The notes beneath the pieces were generated by a model. The model searched no databases. It had not been told where the DNA came from and saw nothing but the letters and a program-made list of their open reading frames with translations. The translations under genes were made by a program, and so were the position numbers. From contig JAVZZH010000001.1 in the NCBI GenBank assembly GCA_038885755.1, positions 1 through 64,000 of the forward strand: DNA of 64,000 bases, given 5' to 3'. The stretch is from Candidatus Caldarchaeum sp. (GTDB lineage: Archaea > Thermoproteota > Nitrososphaeria_A > Caldarchaeales > Caldarchaeaceae). Shown one piece after another: positions 58,724 through 64,000 of this stretch. Each line of letters starts with the position of its first letter. Within the stretch, counting starts at the first letter, position 1.

Positions 58724-59985
58724 GAACGGATGTAGATGTTCTGCTTCTCCGTAAGCTTCTCTGTCTCTACGCCGAGCGTCTCGAGCTTCAGCCTAGCGAC
58801 ATTCCTGTCGATCTCCTGAGGCACGTTGTAGACCTTCTTCTCAAGCTTGTCGTGGTTCTCGACCAAGTACCTGAGGCACTCAGCCTGCAGTGCAAAAGAC
58901 AGGTCCATTACCTCCGATGGATGTCCCTCGGCGCAGACAAGGTTGACCAGTCTTCCCTCGGCGAGCAGAATGATTCTCCGCCCATCCCCAAGCCGGTAAA
59001 CGTCGACGTTCTCCCTAACCCTCTCGACCGAGGAAGCCATCTGCCTCAACTCCTCCTTGCTTATCTCCACGTCCATGTGCCCGGCGTTGGCTAGGATGAC
59101 GCCGTCCTTCATCCTCCTGAAGTGCTCGCCGCGAATAACGTCGATGTTCCCGGTCGCCGTGATGAACAAGTCGCCCAGCTCTGCTGCTTTAGTCATCGGA
59201 GCCACCGTGAACCCCGCCATGAACGCCTGCAGGGCCTTGATGGGGTCGGTCTCGACGACGATAACCCTCGCTCCCATACCTCGGGCTCTCTCAGCTATGC
59301 CGGAGCCTACACGCCCGTAGCCGCAGACGACGACGTTCTTACCGGCTAGCAGGACGTTTGTGGCCCTCATCACGCCGTCTAAGGCGGACTGGCCTGTTCC
59401 CAGAGGGTTGTCGAACATGCTTTTGGAAAGAGCTTCGTTGACCGCAATTATCGGGTATCGCAGGACCTTCTCATTCTCCATAGCCTTCAGCCTGTTGACG
59501 CCCGTCGTCGTCTCCTCCGTTCCTCCAACAACTCTGTCGACGGCGTGCTTCAGGGGGTCCGTGTCAACGGCGGCAGCCCGGTGGAGGGTAGCCACCAAGT
59601 CTGCTCCGTCGTCGACCGTCAGGTCTGGGCCGTGGGACAGACACATCCTTATTGCGTTGTAGTAATCACTGTGGCTCATGCCTCTGAACCCGTAGACGTG
59701 GAACCCTTCCGAAGCGAGGAAAGCCGCTACGTCGTCCTGCGTGCTCAAAGGGTTGGAAGCGCACAGATTCACCTTCGCGCCTCCCTCCCTCAAGGCCCTG
59801 ACCAAGACAGCCGTCTCCTTCGTTATGTGCAGGCATGCTGAAACGGTGAACCCGTCGAAAGGCATCTCGTCAGAGTACCTCTTCGCAAGCAGCCGAAGCA
59901 CCGGCATGGAAGTCTCAGCCATCCCCACCTTCCTAGAACCCTGTTCAGCAAGCCCCAAGTCCTTGACCCAGTAATCCTCAGCCAA
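58705..59985 (-). CDS. ahcY: S-adenosylhomocysteine hydrolase
   Basis: CLH.TKETAVL, NPLSTQD, DDGAD, EETTTG, GYGRVG.G, GRLVNL, GHP. Confidence 0.96.
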   Translation of the reverse strand: MAEDYWVKDLGLAEQGSRKVGMAETSMPVLRLLAKRYSDEMPFDGFTVSACLHITKETAVLVRALREGGAKVNLCASNPLSTQDDVAAFLASEGFHVYGFRGMSHSDYYNAIRMCLSHGPDLTVDDGADLVATLHRAAAVDTDPLKHAVDRVVGGTEETTTGVNRLKAMENEKVLRYPIIAVNEALSKSMFDNPLGTGQSALDGVMRATNVLLAGKNVVVCGYGRVGSGIAERARGMGARVIVVETDPIKALQAFMAGFTVAPMTKAAELGDLFITATGNIDVIRGEHFRRMKDGVILANAGHMDVEISKEELRQMASSVERVRENVDVYRLGDGRRIILLAEGRLVNLVCAEGHPSEVMDLSFALQAECLRYLVENHDKLEKKVYNVPQEIDRNVARLKLETLGVETEKLTEKQNIYIRSWQAGT

Positions 59986-60072
59986 GCTGGATGACGGTTG
60001 ATTTGGCTTGTTTTAAGCATCACCGTGGGAGGAAATCCTCTTAAATAGAGGTGTGATGACTCCATCCTCGGA

Positions 60073-60504
60073 GTGAGCCTAACCCTCGCCGACGAGCAGT
60101 TCTACGTCAAGCTCCTAGACGACGTCATACAGAAGGTCTCGAAGAGAGGCGTGGTGGCGGGCGACAGAGTCCTCGAGTTCAGGCCGAACTTGGTTTACGA
60201 TGCCAAGAACACCGCCCTAACCAACTTAGGCCAGATAGCTAAGACGCTCAACAGGGAGCCGGCTCATTTCGCCCGGTTCCTCCTGAAGGAAACCGGACGT
60301 GCTGGGTCTATCTCGGACGACAAGCTGCTCATCCAAGGTAAGATGTCGGCGGATGAGTTGAAGAAGCTCATCGACCTCTACATGAAGGAGTTTGTGCGCT
60401 GCCCTATCTGCAACGGCATTGATACAAGGATTGTTAGCGAGAAGAGGTTCAGGTTCTTGGTCTGCGATGCTTGCGGGGCGAAGAACCCTGTCAGGAGAAT
60501 TTAG
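60073..60504 (+). CDS. Translation initiation factor aIF-2 beta
   Basis: LNREP.H...LKETG, FVRCPIC..DT, CDACGA. Confidence 0.9.
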   Translation: MSLTLADEQFYVKLLDDVIQKVSKRGVVAGDRVLEFRPNLVYDAKNTALTNLGQIAKTLNREPAHFARFLLKETGRAGSISDDKLLIQGKMSADELKKLIDLYMKEFVRCPICNGIDTRIVSEKRFRFLVCDACGAKNPVRRI

Positions 60505-60514
60505 CTCAGCGAGG

Positions 60515-60808
60515 TTGTGGGTTAAGACTCACTACTCTAGGACGGGTGAGGTCGTTGTGGCTGTCTGCGACGAGAAGCTCGTGGGCACGAGGCTCAAGCT
60601 GTCGTCGGAGGTGTCGGTCGAGGTGGCGGAGTCTTTCTACAAAGGCGTGCTAGTTTTTGAGGAGGAGTTGCAGGACTACATCAAGCACGGCACGATAATC
60701 AACCTGCTGGGTGAAAAGGCTGTCGAAGCGGCTCTAAGAAAAGGCTACGCCAAAAAAGAATCAGTCGTCTACGTGGACAACGTGCCCCACCTACAGCTTT
60801 TTCTGTGA
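60515..60808 (+). CDS. DUF424 family protein
   Basis: VVAVCDEKLVG, SFYKG, INLLGEKAV, VPHLQ; TTG start proposed at 60515. Confidence 0.8.
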   Translation: MWVKTHYSRTGEVVVAVCDEKLVGTRLKLSSEVSVEVAESFYKGVLVFEEELQDYIKHGTIINLLGEKAVEAALRKGYAKKESVVYVDNVPHLQLFL

Positions 60809-60814
60809 GGCGGC

Positions 60815-61159
60815 ATGAGGCTCTCTGAGCTTCAGAAGCTCGTTGAAGAATTCGAGAGAGCTAGGGGCTGGACAACCTTCCGTGAATCGCTGATTTACGC
60901 CCATCTCATCGAGGAGATAACAGAGATAGGGCGGTTTATACTGGCGAGGGAGGGGTATAAGCGTGAAAGCCTCGGCCACTCTCATCCGGGGGAGGATGTT
61001 GGCAGCGAGTTTGCGCAGTCGTTGACTTTGCTGGTTCAGCTCGCTAACAGGCTGGGCGTTGACTTGGAAAAAGCGTTGGAGGATGAGTTGAGGAGGATGG
61101 AGAAACGGTTCAACCCTGATGAATGGAGGAAGGCGCTCAGCTCCGGCGGCGGGCCCTAA
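60815..61159 (+). CDS. MazG-like NTP pyrophosphohydrolase
   Basis: LQKLVEEF..RGW, LIEEITE, EFA, LANRLGVDLE. Confidence 0.75.
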   Translation: MRLSELQKLVEEFERARGWTTFRESLIYAHLIEEITEIGRFILAREGYKRESLGHSHPGEDVGSEFAQSLTLLVQLANRLGVDLEKALEDELRRMEKRFNPDEWRKALSSGGGP

Positions 61160-62411
61160 GCTCGAACAGAATCTCCTGCGCCCTGTCAACCCTTATCGTC
61201 TTCTGCTTGACCATCTCCTCGGCAACCAGATCTATCTCCTCCCCGACAGCTCCAGCCATCACGGCTATGTTCTTAGCGTGCAGAGACATGTGGCCCGCCT
61301 GTATGCCCTCAGCCGCCAAAGCCCTCAAAGCAGCCAAGTTCTGAACAAGCCCAACAGCAGCCATCACCTCGGCGAGCTCCTTGGCTGTCTTGACGCCTAG
61401 AATCTTTAGGCAAAGCTTCGCCACAGGGTTGGTTCTGGTCGCTCCTCCGACGATTCCCACAGCCAGAGGAAGCTCTATGCTTCCGTGAAGGTCGCCGTTG
61501 GGCATCTGCTCCCAGACGGTGAGGGGCTCATACCTGCCGGTGCGGGCTGCGTAGGCATGGGCCCCTGCCTCGATCGCTCTCCAGTCGTTTCCAGTAGCTA
61601 TCGCGACAGCGTCTACACCGTTCATGATGCCCTTGTTATGGGTTGCAGCCCGGTAGGGGTCTGCCTTGGCGAAGTGGTAGGCCTCAACTATGCCTCTGGC
61701 GACCTCCGCTCCTCCGACAGACTGGGCTGGGACGAGTGTGTAAGCTCTGACAAGCCTCTTGTCAGCTAGGTTGGATATTATCCTAAGCCTGAAGACTCCG
61801 CCTGAAATTCTGGCAAGCATGGGAGCGACGGCCTCGCACATGGTGTTGACGGCGTTGGCTCCCATGGCGTCCTTGACGTCGACGACTAGATGCACCACCA
61901 GCATGGGGCCTAGCTGGGTGTCGACGACTCTCGCTTCGACATCCTTGGCCCCGCCTCCTAGGTTTACGAGCACGGGGTCTCTCTCGTTGGCCGCCGCGAT
62001 AATCTCGTCCCTGTTCCTGAGAATCTCAACCCTGGCCGCATATGGGTTAGGGACGTTCAGAAGCTGGACCTGCCCGATCATCAGCTGCTGTCCTTGGAAA
62101 GCATACACGCCACCACCGTCTCGGGCCATTTTCGCAGCGTTCGAGGCTGCAGCAACCACCGAGGGTTCTTCGACCGCCATCGGGACTAGGTAGTCCACCT
62201 TGTTTACGAGGAAGTTGGCCGCGATTCCAAGCGGTAGCGGGAAGAGGCCGACCACGTTCTCGATCATCCTGCTGGCGGTTGCGATGTCCAACCCGCCTGA
62301 CCTTATTACGTTCGCCTCCTCGCTCGTCAGGCCTGCGAACTCGGATACTTTCCTTAAACGCTCGTCAGGGCTGAGTTGGTAGAACCCGGCGATCCTCGAG
62401 CTTCTGGTCAT
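61137..62411 (-). CDS. mvaA: HMG-CoA reductase, class II
   Basis: MIENVVG, EEPSVVAA, DAMGAN, RAATHNKG, GNDWRA, GIQAGHMSLH. Confidence 0.93.
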   Translation of the reverse strand: MTRSSRIAGFYQLSPDERLRKVSEFAGLTSEEANVIRSGGLDIATASRMIENVVGLFPLPLGIAANFLVNKVDYLVPMAVEEPSVVAAASNAAKMARDGGGVYAFQGQQLMIGQVQLLNVPNPYAARVEILRNRDEIIAAANERDPVLVNLGGGAKDVEARVVDTQLGPMLVVHLVVDVKDAMGANAVNTMCEAVAPMLARISGGVFRLRIISNLADKRLVRAYTLVPAQSVGGAEVARGIVEAYHFAKADPYRAATHNKGIMNGVDAVAIATGNDWRAIEAGAHAYAARTGRYEPLTVWEQMPNGDLHGSIELPLAVGIVGGATRTNPVAKLCLKILGVKTAKELAEVMAAVGLVQNLAALRALAAEGIQAGHMSLHAKNIAVMAGAVGEEIDLVAEEMVKQKTIRVDRAQEILFELRARRRS

Positions 62412-62435
62412 GGCTCTGGTTGTCCGGGTTGTTTT

Positions 62436-63059
62436 TTAAGCTTTTCCGACGAATAGCTTGACGGCGGCTGCTAAAGCCGCATACCTAGACTTCACCTCGT
62501 CATCAGCCCCCGCTATGATGACGACGTCGTTCACGGAGGGGTGGAACAGGCTGATTATTTTGCCGGCGAACTCCGGCCTTTCGATGCTTAAGTTTGACAC
62601 TCTAGGCATCTCCAGCCCCGACTCGGTGTAGGTCAGAACCATGGCCGCCGAAGCCCCGTTCCTCACGGCTTCATCTCGCTCGTCAACTCCTGTCGAAACT
62701 TTTCCCGCCATCCCTCTGACCACGACACCGAAGTTGTGCTTAGCGGTCCAAGGCATCTCAAAAACCACTCTCTTCAGCTCTGAAACAGTCCTGCTCAGGT
62801 AGCTGTAAAGCTCCATCCCTTTCTCAGTCAGCCTTAAACCCTCCCGGCTGGAGAAAGCCAGCCCGCTGCTTACGAGACGGCTCAGCATCGTCCTCACAGA
62901 CCCCTCGCCTATTCCGAGAAGTTCTTTCAGCCTCTTCCTTCCCATCACGGCCGAAGACCCGATCAAGATTACAGCGTAAAGCAGCTGTACGGGGGTGAAA
63001 GCGGGAGCCGGGCCCCTGACCTCCCGCACCTCCAGCAGTTGTCTCAGAGCCTCCATCAC
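62436..63059 (-). CDS. wHTH + GAD-like domain protein (DUF4443-type putative regulator)
   Basis: GPAPAF, GRKRL..LGIGEGSVRT, G..ERDEAV..GA. Confidence 0.65.
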   Translation of the reverse strand: MMEALRQLLEVREVRGPAPAFTPVQLLYAVILIGSSAVMGRKRLKELLGIGEGSVRTMLSRLVSSGLAFSSREGLRLTEKGMELYSYLSRTVSELKRVVFEMPWTAKHNFGVVVRGMAGKVSTGVDERDEAVRNGASAAMVLTYTESGLEMPRVSNLSIERPEFAGKIISLFHPSVNDVVIIAGADDEVKSRYAALAAAVKLFVGKA

Positions 63060-63090
63060 TTTTCGGAACGTGGTCTCTGGATTTATGTTT

Positions 63091-63999
63091 TCACGTGAGC
63101 GTGAGGCTTTCCATGATTCTCCGCCGCGGGTTGTCGTCCAAGTCTTCTAACGACTGGCCCGTGCCTAGGAAGAGTAGTGGGATGTTTGTCGCATGGCATA
63201 TCGATATGGTTGACCCACCCTTGGCGTCGGCGTCAAACTTGGCGAGCACGAAGAAGTCGAGCCCGACGACTTCGTGGAACATCCTCGCTTGGTTGACGGC
63301 TACGTTGCCGGCGAGGGAGTCGCCTGTGTAGACGACGTAGTCGGGGTTCACCACACGCTTGATTTTACGCATCTCCTCCAGCAAACCCCTGTCGACCTCG
63401 GTCCTTCCAGCCGTGTCTATCAGGACAAAGTTTGCACGCATGGATACCGCTTTGTTCACGGCGTCGAAGGCGACGGAAGCGGGGTCAGCTCCATAATGCT
63501 GGCTGACGACAAGAAACCCCGCCCTGCTCCCGAGAGTCTCGAGCTGCTCTATCGCACCAGCTCTGAAAGTATCGGCCGACGCCAGTATGACGCTGTATCC
63601 ACGGCGTCTGAGATAGTGGGCGATCTTAACCACGGTAGTTGTCTTGCCCGACCCGTTGGGCCCGACAAACAGAACCACTACAGGCTTGCCTTGCTTCTTC
63701 TTCTCCTCAGCTCTCTGTAATAATGTTTCGGCATCCGCCGTCTTTATCAAACCATCGACGGTTCTCCTTAGAAGATCCCTTACAGCTTCCCGGTTGTCTG
63801 AGAACCTCTGCACCCTGACCGTCTGCAAGTCTCTACGAAGGTTTTCAACAATCGCCTCCGCCGTCTCCACAGCTACGTCTGCCGCAACAAGCTGGTAGTA
63901 GAAATCCGTAAGGATCTTCTCCGTCTCTTTGGGAGACAGCTGGGTTGACGTGATTTTGTCGACTACGGCTGAGAAGATTCTAGAAATAGCCTTAAACAT
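63091..63999 (-). CDS. ftsY: SRP receptor GTPase FtsY
   Basis: GPNGSGKTT, DTFRAGAIEQL, YGADP, DTAGR, DADAKGG, GTGQ..DL. Confidence 0.95.
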   Translation of the reverse strand: MFKAISRIFSAVVDKITSTQLSPKETEKILTDFYYQLVAADVAVETAEAIVENLRRDLQTVRVQRFSDNREAVRDLLRRTVDGLIKTADAETLLQRAEEKKKQGKPVVVLFVGPNGSGKTTTVVKIAHYLRRRGYSVILASADTFRAGAIEQLETLGSRAGFLVVSQHYGADPASVAFDAVNKAVSMRANFVLIDTAGRTEVDRGLLEEMRKIKRVVNPDYVVYTGDSLAGNVAVNQARMFHEVVGLDFFVLAKFDADAKGGSTISICHATNIPLLFLGTGQSLEDLDDNPRRRIMESLTLT

Positions 64000-64000
64000 A

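Noticed and set aside
61137-62411. Class II HMG-CoA reductase as an unusual transfer
   Set aside because: Already known in several archaeal lineages
1-64000. CRISPR arrays, rRNA, IS elements, integrases, inteins and the many short alternative-frame ORFs
   Set aside because: No periodic repeats or diagnostic motifs were seen by eye; the short ORFs are shadows of well-supported genes

Overview
Chromosomal segment from a thermophilic TACK archaeon, most consistent with Aigarchaeota/Caldarchaeales (Nitrososphaeria). The evidence is an unsplit rpoB, a fused rpoA'+A'', Elf1, aIF-2beta, archaeal PEPC, GGGPS/CarS and GC-rich tRNAs. Positions 1-2.7 kb hold the end of the A-type ATP synthase operon (atpA, atpB). 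Positions 2.7-5.7 kb hold an MFS transporter and a split-barrel (PNPOx/FDOR-like) gene pair whose second barrel is fused to a MenA-type prenyltransferase. Positions 5.7-24.4 kb form a coherent accessory cluster that looks like an archaeal variant of anaerobic purine catabolism: two YgeW-like carbamoyltransferases, carbamate kinase, two PLP fold-II enzymes, a V4R protein, a 3-subunit xanthine-dehydrogenase-family enzyme, an SsnA-like amidohydrolase, an F420-type LLM oxidoreductase, adenine deaminase and a BMP nucleoside ABC importer. This is the best candidate for an undescribed system. The rest is mostly core genes: the rpo operon (no rps12), 3 tRNAs (tRNA-Gly has a 25/26 BHB intron), PriS/GINS, pelota, DnaG, metal and phosphonate-type ABC transporters, guaA, queCD, thyX, ahcY, class II HMG-CoA reductase and ftsY. 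Notable oddities are probable non-canonical start codons (ACG for rpoB, ATC for the MFS), a +1 frameshift at the phnE start, an HTH-ferritin regulator with twin palindromic operators, and an unannotated 39-aa membrane peptide coupled to priS. No CRISPR array, rRNA or transposase was seen. All family calls come from motif recognition by eye; no searches were run.
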